Shown: piece by piece, positions 8,894-18,932 of the stretch
Layout of the letters: each line of letters opens with the position of its first letter
How positions within the stretch are numbered: the first letter of the stretch is position 1
Origin: Mesotaenium endlicherianum
Taxonomy: Eukaryota
Reading direction: 5' to 3'
Length of the DNA: 64,000 nucleotides
Assembly (NCBI GenBank): GCA_009602735.1
Contig: WELA01002708.1
Coordinates: 62,001 to 126,000, forward strand
Notes under the pieces: model-generated
What the model was told of the DNA's origin: nothing
Databases searched by the model: none
What the model saw: the letters and a program-made list of their open reading frames with translations, nothing else
Program-made: the position numbers and the translations under genes

Positions 8894-10576
8894 ATGAATA
8901 ATGCAAAATACAAGTTCCTGTTCATGATTGGTTGGTTCACCGTCATTTCAATGCAGGCACAAACACCACTATCCTCCAAAGAAGTCTTTACCCGGGCCGA
9001 TACGCTTCGCGGCAGCATCACACCTGAAAGGGCCTGGTGGGATGTATTGCATTATACGATTGGTGTGACACCCGACTTCCTATCTAAATACATAGAAGGT
9101 AAAACGGAGATCCGTTTCAAAGTGCTGGCACCCGGTAAGACCATGCAGATAGACCTGCAGGAGCCTATGCAACTATCAAAAGCGTATACCGCCGCGTACA
9201 AAGACTTGCCGCTTCGTCGCGATGGTAACGTGTATTATGTGAGTTTTCCAAAAGAGTTGAAAACAGGCAGCGTTCAAACACTCACGCTTGTTTTCCACGG
9301 TAACCCGCGCATTGCCAAACGGCCACCATGGGATGGTGGATGGATATTCCAGACCGATAAACTAGGCAGACCCTGGATGAGTGTGGCCTGCCAGGGGCTC
9401 GGCGCCAGCGTATGGTATCCCTGCAAAGACCACCAGAGCGACGAACCCGATCAGGGGGCTACGCTCAATATAACTGTTCCCGATACACTGGTAGCGGTAG
9501 GAAACGGAAGATTGATCAGTAAGATCAGCCACAGCAAAGGCCTGGTTACCTATAAATGGGATGTCAAAAACCCCATCAACAATTACGATATCATCCCTTA
9601 TATAGGTAAATATGTGACCTGGCATGAAACATTCAACGGCGAAAAAGGACCGCTCGATTGCGATTACTGGGTGCTGGATTACGAGTTGGAAAAAGCGAAA
9701 GAACAATTCAAACAGGCGCCGAAAATGTTGCGTTGCTTTGAACACTGGATGGGCCCTTATCCTTTTTATGAAGACAGTTATAAGCTGGTGCAGTCGCCAC
9801 ACCTGGGCATGGAACACCAGAGTGCAGTAGCTTATGGCAACCAGTTTAAGAACGGTTACCTGGGAAGGGATCTTTCGGGTACCGGGTGGGGACTCAAATG
9901 GGATTTCATCATTGTACACGAAAGCGGGCATGAATGGTTTGGCAACAACATCACCAGCAAGGATATTGCCGATATGTGGATACATGAGGGCTTTACCAAT
10001 TATTCAGAAACGCTTTTTACCGAATGTGAATACGGCTTGCAGGCAGCCAATGAATACAATTACGGCATACGCCGCGTTATACGCAATGATGTACCCATAA
10101 CAGGTCCTTATGGTGTTAACAAAGAAGGCAGTGGCGATATGTATCCCAAAGCGGCTAACATGATCCACAGCATCCGTAACGCCATGCACGATGATGAAAA
10201 ATTCAGGAACATGCTGCGTTTCCTCAACAAGAAATTTTATCATCAAACAGTAACGGCAGATGATATCCGCGAAGCGATGGAAAGCTTTACCGGCTTTGGA
10301 CTGGATAAAATATTCAACCAGTATCTGCACACCACACAGGTACCTGTGTTGGAATACAAGTTAGATGGTACACAGGTGTCGTTCCGTTGGAGTAATTGTG
10401 TAGACGGATTCAATCTTCCTCTATGGGCTGGCGCGGGCAACCAGGCGCAACTGGTTAAACCAGTAACAGGTAGCTGGACCAGTTTGCAGTTAAGCAATGA
10501 AAATGCTGCCAACTGGAAACTGGAAAACATAGAAAAACTGTTCTACGTTAAAGTGCAAAAAGCAACGAATAATTGA
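8894..10576 (+). CDS. M1 family metallo-aminopeptidase, exported
   Basis: Signal peptide, GMEH (GAMEN-like), HESGHEW...WIHEGF zinc motif. Confidence 0.92.
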   Translation: MNNAKYKFLFMIGWFTVISMQAQTPLSSKEVFTRADTLRGSITPERAWWDVLHYTIGVTPDFLSKYIEGKTEIRFKVLAPGKTMQIDLQEPMQLSKAYTAAYKDLPLRRDGNVYYVSFPKELKTGSVQTLTLVFHGNPRIAKRPPWDGGWIFQTDKLGRPWMSVACQGLGASVWYPCKDHQSDEPDQGATLNITVPDTLVAVGNGRLISKISHSKGLVTYKWDVKNPINNYDIIPYIGKYVTWHETFNGEKGPLDCDYWVLDYELEKAKEQFKQAPKMLRCFEHWMGPYPFYEDSYKLVQSPHLGMEHQSAVAYGNQFKNGYLGRDLSGTGWGLKWDFIIVHESGHEWFGNNITSKDIADMWIHEGFTNYSETLFTECEYGLQAANEYNYGIRRVIRNDVPITGPYGVNKEGSGDMYPKAANMIHSIRNAMHDDEKFRNMLRFLNKKFYHQTVTADDIREAMESFTGFGLDKIFNQYLHTTQVPVLEYKLDGTQVSFRWSNCVDGFNLPLWAGAGNQAQLVKPVTGSWTSLQLSNENAANWKLENIEKLFYVKVQKATNN

Positions 10577-10577
10577 A

Positions 10578-11285
10578 TCAGTTGTCGGTTAACCTGCCGG
10601 CGCCCTTGTACCTCGGCTGCCAGTATTTATCGTTCAGGTCGCTGATCATAACGCCACCGCTGGTGGCTGCATGAACAAACTTGTTATTGAGGAGATACAC
10701 ACCTACATGTGAAATGCTGCGTCCGCTCGTATGAAAGAACACCAGGTCGCCTTCTTTCAGGTCTTCCAGTTGTACTTTTTCGCAGGCATCGTATTGTTCC
10801 TGCGCGGTGCGGGGAAGATTGTGCTTGTACACATCCCGCATGATGATCTGTGTAAAGGCAGAACAGTCGATACAGTTATCAGTAGCCCCGCCGAGGCAGT
10901 ATTTGGTGCCCCACCATTTTTCAATCGTTTCCAACAGCGGAATATTGGTCAGTTGTTCCACTGTTGCATCCATCATCACCGCGTATTTCAACTGCAACCA
11001 GTTGGCTTTTTCGATTTCAACAGAAGACAGTCCATAGCCTGGCATACGTTCTGCACCGGTATTAGTGTTGTGCTTAGAGGTGGTAGTGCTGGTTTTATGA
11101 CGGGTGGTAACCACCGAGCCGGGTGTTACCTCTATCTGGTCAATGAATTGAGGTTGGCCGAATCTCCTGGCAGCATTGCTTGTTTTGGCTACAGAGTCGT
11201 CTTTAGCCCCCAGCTTGCTGAGGGATTTACAACTGCTGAAGACAAAAACAAGCAGGCATGATATGGTTATATATGGTAATTTCAT
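10578..11285 (-). CDS. NlpC/P60 (C40) peptidoglycan endopeptidase lipoprotein
   Basis: Lipobox FSSC, IDCSAF catalytic Cys, GDLVFF and HVGVY...FVHA. Start placed at ATG 11285 (MKLPY). Confidence 0.9.
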   Translation of the reverse strand: MKLPYITISCLLVFVFSSCKSLSKLGAKDDSVAKTSNAARRFGQPQFIDQIEVTPGSVVTTRHKTSTTTSKHNTNTGAERMPGYGLSSVEIEKANWLQLKYAVMMDATVEQLTNIPLLETIEKWWGTKYCLGGATDNCIDCSAFTQIIMRDVYKHNLPRTAQEQYDACEKVQLEDLKEGDLVFFHTSGRSISHVGVYLLNNKFVHAATSGGVMISDLNDKYWQPRYKGAGRLTDN

Positions 11286-11373
11286 AGTAGGTGATTTGCA
11301 ATATAATACCCTGAAACCGATGCCGGCTCCAATGCGCATAACTTTTTAACATGCTATCCCATCCCTGCACCCC

Positions 11374-11382
11374 TGTGGATAA
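11374..11382 (-). promoter_or_regulatory. DnaA box upstream of dnaE
   Basis: TGTGGATAA is the reverse complement of TTATCCACA; intergenic, 44 nt before the dnaE ATG. Confidence 0.55.
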
Positions 11383-11426
11383 CTGGAACCCGGGCAGTAC
11401 GGCCTGTTTTTCCGACCTTTGTATGT

Positions 11427-14400
11427 ATGGCTGCATTCTCTCATTTACACGTTCATACTCAATATTCTTTGCTCGATGGCGCGGCGGCTATTGGCAGTCT
11501 CTACAAAAAAGCTGCCAATGATCAGATGCCTGCGCTTGCCATTACGGATCATGGTAATATGTTCGGTGTTTTTGACTTTGTAAGCCAGGCCTGGAAGAAC
11601 ACCAAAGTGGTGGGAAAAGATGCCAACGGAAAAGACATTGTAGAGCCCGTGGTAAAACCCATCGTTGGTTGTGAGTTCTATGTGGTGCGTGACAGGCATG
11701 CAAAAGTGTTCACCAAAGACGTGAAAGATGAGCGTTACCACCAGGTGCTGTTAGCTAAAAATGCAACGGGTTACGCCAACCTGGTAAAGCTCACTTCTTT
11801 GGGTTTTATTGAGGGAATGTACAGCAAGTACCCGCGTATCGATAAAGAGCTGATTGAACAATACCACGAAGGACTGATCGCTACCACTTGTTGTATCGGC
11901 GCTTATGTTCCGCAAACCATCCTGCACGATGGTGAAGAAAAAGCAGAACAGGAATTCAAATGGTGGCTGGATATGTTCGGAGAGGATTATTACATAGAAC
12001 TGCAAAGACACAACATCAAAGAACAGGAGCTCATCAACCAAACCCTGCTCAAGTTCTCAAAGAAATACAAAGTGCCGGTGATTGCCACGAACGACAGTCA
12101 CTATGTTGACCAGGACGATGCCAATGCACATGATATCCTGCTCTGCATCAACACAGGCGAAAAGCAAAGTACACCAGGCTTTGATGATTTTGTGAATGAT
12201 GATGTGCAGATACGCAACCGCCGTTTCAAATTTCCCAACAACCAGTTTTATTTCAAGACCACGGCCGAAATGCAGCAGTTGTTCAGCGATATTCCCGAAT
12301 CGCTCGACAATACCAATGCGATTGTTGACAAGGTGGAAATACTGAACCTGAAGAAAGACATCCTGTTGCCGGCCTTCCCTATCCCACCTGAATTCCAGAT
12401 ACACAACGATGCGAACCTGAACCAATGGGAATACCTGCGGCATATTACCATGGAGGGCGCTAAAAAACGGTATACAGACATCTCTCCCAGTACGCAGGAG
12501 CGCATAGACTTTGAATTGTTCACCATCAAGACCATGGGTTTTGCCGGTTACTTTTTGATCGTGAGTGATTTCATCAAAGCAGGTCGTGAACTCGGCGTAT
12601 TCGTAGGCCCGGGACGTGGCTCTGCTGCGGGAAGTGTGGTGGCTTATTGCATCGGCATCACCAATATTGATCCTATTAAATACAACCTGCTGTTCGAGCG
12701 TTTCCTCAACCCGGACCGTAAGAGCATGCCCGATATCGATACGGATTTTGATGATGAAGGAAGACAGAAAGTGATCGATTATGTAGTAGGCAAATACGGT
12801 AAAGAGCAGGTAGCGCAGATCATCACGTATGGTACCATGGCCGCCAAGATGAGTATCAAAGACGTGGCACGTGTACTGGATCTCCCGCTTGCCGAAAGTA
12901 ATATGCTGGCCAAGCTGGTGCCCGATAAACCGGGTACGGAACTGGGGCGTGTATTGAAAGCGCCCATCACTGCGAAAGAAGGCCCCAAATCGCTCGAAGA
13001 AAAAGAAGCCTACCAGCAGGAAGATATTGAGAATGTTAAGAAACTGCGGGAGATATACAACGGCACCGATATCAGGGCGCAAGTGTTGAAAGAAGCCGAG
13101 CGATTGGAGGGATCGGTGCGCAATACGGGTATCCACGCTGCAGGTATCATCATCGCACCCAAAGACCTTACGGAACTGCTTCCTGTGGCTACTGCCAAAG
13201 ATTCCAGTTTGTGGGTAACACAGATCGAAGGCAGCATCATTGAAGATGCGGGCGTTATCAAGATGGACTTCCTCGGATTGAGAACGCTTTCGATTTTGAA
13301 AACAGCGCTGGAACTCATCAAAGAGAACCACAATATTTCTATAAACCTGGATGAACTTCCGTTGGATGATGAAAAGACTTTTCTGTTGTACCAACGCGGA
13401 GAAACCAATGCCACTTTTCAGTTTGAAAGTGTGGGTATGCAAAAATACCTGCGCGAACTCAAGCCCGATAAGTTCGATGACCTCATTGCCATGAACGCCT
13501 TGTACCGTCCGGGTCCCATCGCTTATATCCCCAACTTCATTGATCGTAAACATGGCAGGGAAGCCATCACGTACGACCTGGATGATATGAAGGAGTATCT
13601 CGCTGAAACCTATGGTATCACCGTTTACCAGGAGCAGGTGATGCTGCTGAGCCAGAGCCTGGCAGGTTTCACCAAAGGAGATGCCGACGTGTTGCGGAAA
13701 GCGATGGGTAAAAAGCAGAAAGCAGTACTGGATAAAATGAAAACCCAGTTCATTACCGGTGCCACCGCCAAAGGACATCCCGCCGATAAACTGGAAAAAA
13801 TATGGACCGACTGGGAAGCATTTGCACAATATGCGTTCAACAAATCGCATTCTACCTGCTATGCTTTTGTAGCTTACCAGACCGCTTACCTCAAAGCCCA
13901 CTATCCCGGCGAATACATGGCTGCCGTACTCAACCATGCAGGCAGTATTGAGAAGATCACCTTCTTTATGGAGGAATGCAAGCGGATGGGTATCAAGGTA
14001 TTGGGGCCCGATATTAATGAATCACTTAAAGGCTTTGCCGTGAACAAACGCGGGGAGATCCGCTTTGGACTGGGAGGTCTCAAAGGTGTTGGCGAAGCTG
14101 CAGTAGAGACCATCATTGCCGAACGGAGCAAAAATGGGGTGTATTCCGATATCTATGAATTTGTGAAGCGGATACTGCAAAGAACAGTCAATAAAAAATC
14201 ATTGGAAAGCCTGGCTTATTCAGGCGCTTTCGACTGTTTTCCGGAATTGCACAGGGCGCAGTATTTCAAAATACCTGATGGAGACCGGCTCTCGGGATTG
14301 GAAAGGCTGATCATGTACGGACAGGCTTCACAAAGCCAGGCCAGCTCCTCCAATACCCTCTTCGGCGAACTGGCCGAATCGATGGAAGTAGCGAAACCCA

Positions 14401-15098
14401 AGATACTTCCATCCGAACCCTGGACCCTGACCGAATTACTGGATCATGAAAAAGAAGTAACGGGCATGTTCATGAGCGGACACCCACTCGATCATTTCAA
14501 ATTTGAATTGAAATATTACGGCATTACGCAGATCAGTGATTTTAATGAGATCAAGGATACCTTGCAGCTACAAGCCAACCCCGGTAAGAGTTTGCGCGTA
14601 GCAGGATTGGTGATCGACGTGCAGCATCGTGTTACTAAAACCGGTAAGAATTTCGGCTCGTTCGTGATAGAAGATTTCAGTGGTAAAACAGATTTCATTT
14701 TGTGGAGCGAAGACTATATCAAATTCCAGAACTACCTGGAAAAAGGACAGAACCTGCTGTTGACCGGTTTCTTCAGGCCCCGGTTCGGAAGAGCAAACGA
14801 GTTTGAATTCAAGATCACCGTGATGTCGTTACTGGAAACGGTAAAAGAAACGATGACCCGGAGCCTGGAGATCAATGCCCACGCGGCAGCTATATCGCCC
14901 GATTTTGTCCGGTTTGTAGACCAGAACGTTCGCAATTTCCCCGGCAAAACCGCCCTCCGGTTCAATATTTATGAACCCAGGGAAAACCTGAAAGTGAGCC
15001 TGATCTCTTTCGATAAAGGCTTCAGGATGAACGAGGAAATGGCTGAATTCCTGCTCAATAACCAGGATTTAGAGGTGAATGTAGGGCTGGCAGGGTAA
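11427..15098 (+). CDS. dnaE: DNA polymerase III alpha subunit
   Basis: PHP domain HLHVHTQYSLLDG, GRGSAAGS, PDIDTDF, KMDFLGL, FNKSHS and a C-terminal OB fold. Confidence 0.98.
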   Translation: MAAFSHLHVHTQYSLLDGAAAIGSLYKKAANDQMPALAITDHGNMFGVFDFVSQAWKNTKVVGKDANGKDIVEPVVKPIVGCEFYVVRDRHAKVFTKDVKDERYHQVLLAKNATGYANLVKLTSLGFIEGMYSKYPRIDKELIEQYHEGLIATTCCIGAYVPQTILHDGEEKAEQEFKWWLDMFGEDYYIELQRHNIKEQELINQTLLKFSKKYKVPVIATNDSHYVDQDDANAHDILLCINTGEKQSTPGFDDFVNDDVQIRNRRFKFPNNQFYFKTTAEMQQLFSDIPESLDNTNAIVDKVEILNLKKDILLPAFPIPPEFQIHNDANLNQWEYLRHITMEGAKKRYTDISPSTQERIDFELFTIKTMGFAGYFLIVSDFIKAGRELGVFVGPGRGSAAGSVVAYCIGITNIDPIKYNLLFERFLNPDRKSMPDIDTDFDDEGRQKVIDYVVGKYGKEQVAQIITYGTMAAKMSIKDVARVLDLPLAESNMLAKLVPDKPGTELGRVLKAPITAKEGPKSLEEKEAYQQEDIENVKKLREIYNGTDIRAQVLKEAERLEGSVRNTGIHAAGIIIAPKDLTELLPVATAKDSSLWVTQIEGSIIEDAGVIKMDFLGLRTLSILKTALELIKENHNISINLDELPLDDEKTFLLYQRGETNATFQFESVGMQKYLRELKPDKFDDLIAMNALYRPGPIAYIPNFIDRKHGREAITYDLDDMKEYLAETYGITVYQEQVMLLSQSLAGFTKGDADVLRKAMGKKQKAVLDKMKTQFITGATAKGHPADKLEKIWTDWEAFAQYAFNKSHSTCYAFVAYQTAYLKAHYPGEYMAAVLNHAGSIEKITFFMEECKRMGIKVLGPDINESLKGFAVNKRGEIRFGLGGLKGVGEAAVETIIAERSKNGVYSDIYEFVKRILQRTVNKKSLESLAYSGAFDCFPELHRAQYFKIPDGDRLSGLERLIMYGQASQSQASSSNTLFGELAESMEVAKPKILPSEPWTLTELLDHEKEVTGMFMSGHPLDHFKFELKYYGITQISDFNEIKDTLQLQANPGKSLRVAGLVIDVQHRVTKTGKNFGSFVIEDFSGKTDFILWSEDYIKFQNYLEKGQNLLLTGFFRPRFGRANEFEFKITVMSLLETVKETMTRSLEINAHAAAISPDFVRFVDQNVRNFPGKTALRFNIYEPRENLKVSLISFDKGFRMNEEMAEFLLNNQDLEVNVGLAG

Positions 15099-15192
15099 TG
15101 TACCAGTCCCGACGCCCTGTCAGTTTTGCTGTTGCAACGTCATTAATCACACCCGTGGAAAAGTCAAAACTGCATAAACGGCCATTTGGAGC

Positions 15193-15200
15193 TAAATTTG
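15193..15200 (+). promoter_or_regulatory. -7 promoter box for trxA
   Basis: TAAATTTG matches TAnnTTTG, 44 nt upstream of the ATG. Confidence 0.55.
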
Positions 15201-15244
15201 ACATCCTAATAAGGTAAGAACACCTAAAAAAACAAACAGTGTAT

Positions 15245-15562
15245 ATGGCATTAGAATTAACAGACGCTAACTTCCAGTCAACCGTACTGGACAGCGATAA
15301 ACTTACAGTAGTAGATTTTTGGGCAGAATGGTGCGGACCTTGCCGTGCCATCGGACCCGTTATTGAAGAGTTGTCGAAAGACTATGCAGGCAAGATCAAT
15401 GTGGGCAAAGTGAATGTAGACCATAACCCTAATCTGAGCGTGAATTATGGCATCACTTCCATTCCTGCTATCCTGTTCATCAAAGGCGGACAGATCGTAG
15501 ACAAACAAATTGGCGCAGTACCCAAATCTGTACTCGATAAAAAGATCCAGGCGCATATATAG
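15245..15562 (+). CDS. trxA: Thioredoxin
   Basis: WCGPC active site and SIP cis-Pro motif. Confidence 0.97.
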   Translation: MALELTDANFQSTVLDSDKLTVVDFWAEWCGPCRAIGPVIEELSKDYAGKINVGKVNVDHNPNLSVNYGITSIPAILFIKGGQIVDKQIGAVPKSVLDKKIQAHI

Positions 15563-15586
15563 TATAGTAGACTGCGTATCTTATTG

Positions 15587-15663
15587 AGTTGCTAGTTGCT
15601 AGTTGTTAGTTGTAAGATAGAAATAAAGATATTCTATCAACTAACAACTCACAATTAGCAACT
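15587..15663. repeat. Inverted array of heptamer repeats forming a long imperfect hairpin, possibly the trxA terminator
   Basis: AGTTGCT AGTTGCT AGTTGTT AGTTGTA, an inner GATAGAA/TTCTATC stem, then AACTAAC AACTCAC AATTAGC AACT and a T-run. Confidence 0.7.
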
Positions 15664-15729
15664 TTTTATTTAATATTATTCGTTATCTTTCCCCGTTTTA
15701 TTTTTTATTAACTAACGAAAACTAATTGC

Positions 15730-16974
15730 ATGATGAATATCAAGTTGCGCCTGATCATCATGAATTTTTTGGAATTCTTTGTTTGGGGTTCCTGGCTTAT
15801 CTCCCTCGGTGCTTATATGATTGTAACACTCCATTTTTCCGGTGGAGAAGTAGGGGCTGTTTACGCTACCATGGGCATAGCTTCCCTGTTCATGCCGGCT
15901 TTATTGGGTATTGTGGCAGACAGGTGGGTGAATGCCGAACGTGTATTGGGTATTTGCCATATTGTGGGGGCCTGCTTATTACTCTGGGCTTCTACAGTAA
16001 GCGATTACAGGACTTTCTATCTTATCATGCTCCTCAATTCAATGGCTTTCATGCCAACAATCGCGCTGAATAATACTGTATCCTATATTATACTGGAAAG
16101 AAGAGGATTCCACATTGTAAAAGATTTCCCTCCTATTCGTGTGTGGGGAACGGTGGGGTTTGTTTGCGCTATGTGGATAGTTGATTTGTGCGGCTGGACT
16201 AAAAGTCCATTTCAACTTTATCTAAGTGCTGGAGCCGGCTTATTGTTGGGACTATATACCTTCACTATTGAAAAATGCCCGCCTGTTAAATTCAACGCGG
16301 AGAAGACACTGTCAGAAGCCTTAGGGTTAGATGCATTCGTTTTATTCCGAAGAAAAAAAATGCTGATCTTTTTCATCTTTGCCATGTTATTGGGCGCGGC
16401 CTTACAGATCACTAATGCATTCGGCGGCGCTTTTCTCGATGATTTCAAAACCGGTTTTGCCGATTCATTCGGCGTAAAACATCCGAACCTGCTCTTATCC
16501 ATTTCGCAGATATCTGAAACACTTTTTATCCTCACCATTCCTTTCTTCCTTAGAAAATTTGGTATCAAACAGGTCATGCTGCTCAGCATTTTTGCCTGGG
16601 TATTCCGTTTTGGATTATTTGCCATTGGCGATCCGGGACCAGGGCTCTACCTGTTGATCCTGTCCATGATCATTTATGGAATGGCATTCGACTTCTTCAA
16701 TATCTCCGGTTCTTTATTCGTGGAAAAGGAAGCCGATATACGCATCAGGGCCAGTGCACAAGGGTTGTTCATGCTCATGACCAATGGCATCGGCGCTTTC
16801 CTCGGAGGTACCATCAGCGGATGGGTAGTGGATTATTTTACTGTTAATGGTGTGAAAGACTGGCACAATATCTGGTTAAGTTTTGCAGGATATGCATTGG
16901 TGCTTGGTATTTTCTTCCCGTTGGTATTCCGGTACAAACACAACCCGGATATGGAGACAAGCAAACATCACTAA
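15730..16974 (+). CDS. MFS nucleoside:H+ symporter (NupG/XapB family)
   Basis: MNFLEFFVWGSW, GIVADRW, FPPIRVWGTVGF and SISQISE motifs; about 12 TM helices. Confidence 0.9.
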   Translation: MMNIKLRLIIMNFLEFFVWGSWLISLGAYMIVTLHFSGGEVGAVYATMGIASLFMPALLGIVADRWVNAERVLGICHIVGACLLLWASTVSDYRTFYLIMLLNSMAFMPTIALNNTVSYIILERRGFHIVKDFPPIRVWGTVGFVCAMWIVDLCGWTKSPFQLYLSAGAGLLLGLYTFTIEKCPPVKFNAEKTLSEALGLDAFVLFRRKKMLIFFIFAMLLGAALQITNAFGGAFLDDFKTGFADSFGVKHPNLLLSISQISETLFILTIPFFLRKFGIKQVMLLSIFAWVFRFGLFAIGDPGPGLYLLILSMIIYGMAFDFFNISGSLFVEKEADIRIRASAQGLFMLMTNGIGAFLGGTISGWVVDYFTVNGVKDWHNIWLSFAGYALVLGIFFPLVFRYKHNPDMETSKHH

Positions 16975-16996
16975 ATACTTGTTATAAAAATCATCT

Positions 16997-17683
16997 ATGA
17001 AAAATATGGACCGTCTATTCGTTTTAAAATCTCTAATGCAACACCGTCATCTAAAGAATTACCTGGAAATCGGGGTCTTTAACGGACATATCTTTTTTCG
17101 TATCAAAAGCAATTTCAAGATTGCAGTTGATCCCGATTTTGTATTCGGGAATGGCCGTAAAGCCATAAAACTCCTGCTGAATCCGTATAATCGTTATAAC
17201 CAGTATTTTGAAAAAACAAGCGACGATTTTTTTGCGCAAGATGGTCCGAGGTTGTTCCAGGACAAGAAAATTGAACTGGCGCTTATTGATGGAATGCACG
17301 AATGCGATTATGTGATCAGGGATGTAGAGCATACATTAAATCATGCTGCTCCTAATGCGGTAATCGTTCTGCATGATTGCAATCCCTTAAGCGCGGAAGC
17401 CGCTTGTTCTTTTAAGGAATGGAACTACCCGGGAACCTGGAATGGAGATGTATGGAAAGCGATCCTTTATTTCCGCAGTCAGCGAAAAGACCTCACCTGC
17501 TTTGTACTGGATGCCGATCAAGGTTTGGGCATCATTGTTAAACAACCGGCAACAACGCTTCTTCCGTATGATAAGGAACAAATCAGCCAATTCACTTACC
17601 AGGATCTTGCATTGAACCGGGCTGAATGGCTAGGCCTGCAGCCTTCGGACTACTTTTACGATTTCTTTAAGATCGGCGCTTAA
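16997..17683 (+). CDS. Class I SAM-dependent methyltransferase
   Basis: YLEIGVFNG, IDGMH, VIVLHD and WNGDVWK motifs. Confidence 0.8.
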   Translation: MKNMDRLFVLKSLMQHRHLKNYLEIGVFNGHIFFRIKSNFKIAVDPDFVFGNGRKAIKLLLNPYNRYNQYFEKTSDDFFAQDGPRLFQDKKIELALIDGMHECDYVIRDVEHTLNHAAPNAVIVLHDCNPLSAEAACSFKEWNYPGTWNGDVWKAILYFRSQRKDLTCFVLDADQGLGIIVKQPATTLLPYDKEQISQFTYQDLALNRAEWLGLQPSDYFYDFFKIGA

Positions 17684-17742
17684 ACATTATTTATCCGCCA
17701 AATCGGTGTAAATTTGCTGTCTGAACATCAAAATCTGTGAAC

Positions 17743-18912
17743 ATGATCCCGACTGCGTCAGATCCCTTTACACTGGTTGCTTCCCTCGATGATACGAACG
17801 AACTGAAAAAAATAGGTGAAAAGATATTACGCAAAGAGCGCATCAATTTCCGGGATGGCGTAACACTGTTTGAGAAAGGCTCATTGGCCTTTCTTGGTAC
17901 ACTGGCCAATTGGGTACGCGAACAAAAGCACGGAAACAAAACCTACTTCAACAGGAACTTCCATATAGAGCCTACCAATGTATGTGTATTCTCCTGTGCC
18001 TTTTGCGCTTACTCACGCCTCTATGCCAACCGTGAAGAAGGATGGGAACTGAGCATCGAGCAAATGATGCACATCGTTAAAAGTTACGATGGAAAGCCGG
18101 TAACCGAAGTGCATATTGTAGGCGGTGTTCATCCTAAGATGAACCTGGCGTTCTTTATCGAGCTTCTCCAAACCATCAAAGCACATCGTCCCGATCTGCA
18201 TATCAAAGCTTTCACCCCTGTTGAACTCGATTATATGTTCCGCAAAGCCAAAGTGTCGATTGAAGAAGGTATGAAGATGGCGCACGAAGCCGGATTGGAT
18301 TCTTTACCCGGTGGCGGCGCAGAAATATTCCATCCCGATATCCGAAAACAGATATGCGATGATAAAGTGGATGCCGAAGGCTGGTTGCATATTCACCGTG
18401 CGGCACATGAACTGGGTATGCACAGTAACGCCACCATGCTTTACGGACACATTGAAAAATTCGAACACCGCATCGATCACATGGAGCGCCTGCGCCAGTT
18501 ACAGGATCAGACCGGCGGCTTCAATACTTTTATCCCGTTGAAGTTCAGGAACAAAGACAACGACATGAGCCATGTTCCCGAATCAACAGTAGTGGAAGAC
18601 ATGCGCATGTATGCCATGGCCCGCCTGTACATGGATAATTTCCCGCACATCAAAGCTTACTGGCCCATGCTGGGGAGAAAAAACGCACAGTTGGCATTAT
18701 CATTCGGCGTAAACGATATCGACGGCACCATCGACGACTCTACTAAAATATATTCCATGGCAGGAAGTGAAGAACAAACGCCTTCCATGAACACTGCAGA
18801 GCTGGTAACGCTGATCAAACAAGTAAAACGCCAGCCGGTAGAACGCGGTACACTGTATAATGAGATCAGGGATTATAGTGATCTGGCGATTGAAGAAATA
18901 ACTTTAAACTAA
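17743..18912 (+). CDS. mqnE: Aminofutalosine synthase (CofH/MqnE radical SAM)
   Basis: CVFSCAFC cluster motif, EVHIVGG, SLPGGGAEIF, NATMLYGHIE and HIKAYW. A TAAATTTG -7 box sits at 17709-17716. Confidence 0.85.
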   Translation: MIPTASDPFTLVASLDDTNELKKIGEKILRKERINFRDGVTLFEKGSLAFLGTLANWVREQKHGNKTYFNRNFHIEPTNVCVFSCAFCAYSRLYANREEGWELSIEQMMHIVKSYDGKPVTEVHIVGGVHPKMNLAFFIELLQTIKAHRPDLHIKAFTPVELDYMFRKAKVSIEEGMKMAHEAGLDSLPGGGAEIFHPDIRKQICDDKVDAEGWLHIHRAAHELGMHSNATMLYGHIEKFEHRIDHMERLRQLQDQTGGFNTFIPLKFRNKDNDMSHVPESTVVEDMRMYAMARLYMDNFPHIKAYWPMLGRKNAQLALSFGVNDIDGTIDDSTKIYSMAGSEEQTPSMNTAELVTLIKQVKRQPVERGTLYNEIRDYSDLAIEEITLN

Positions 18913-18932
18913 ATTAAGTACTGTATCCGTTG

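Noticed and set aside
12057..13937. 626-aa ORF antisense to dnaE
   Set aside because: Fully inside dnaE on the opposite strand with no recognisable motifs; explained as a codon-usage shadow of the real gene.
11427..15098. Intein or split in dnaE
   Set aside because: The frame is continuous and of ordinary length, with no intein splice or homing-endonuclease motifs.
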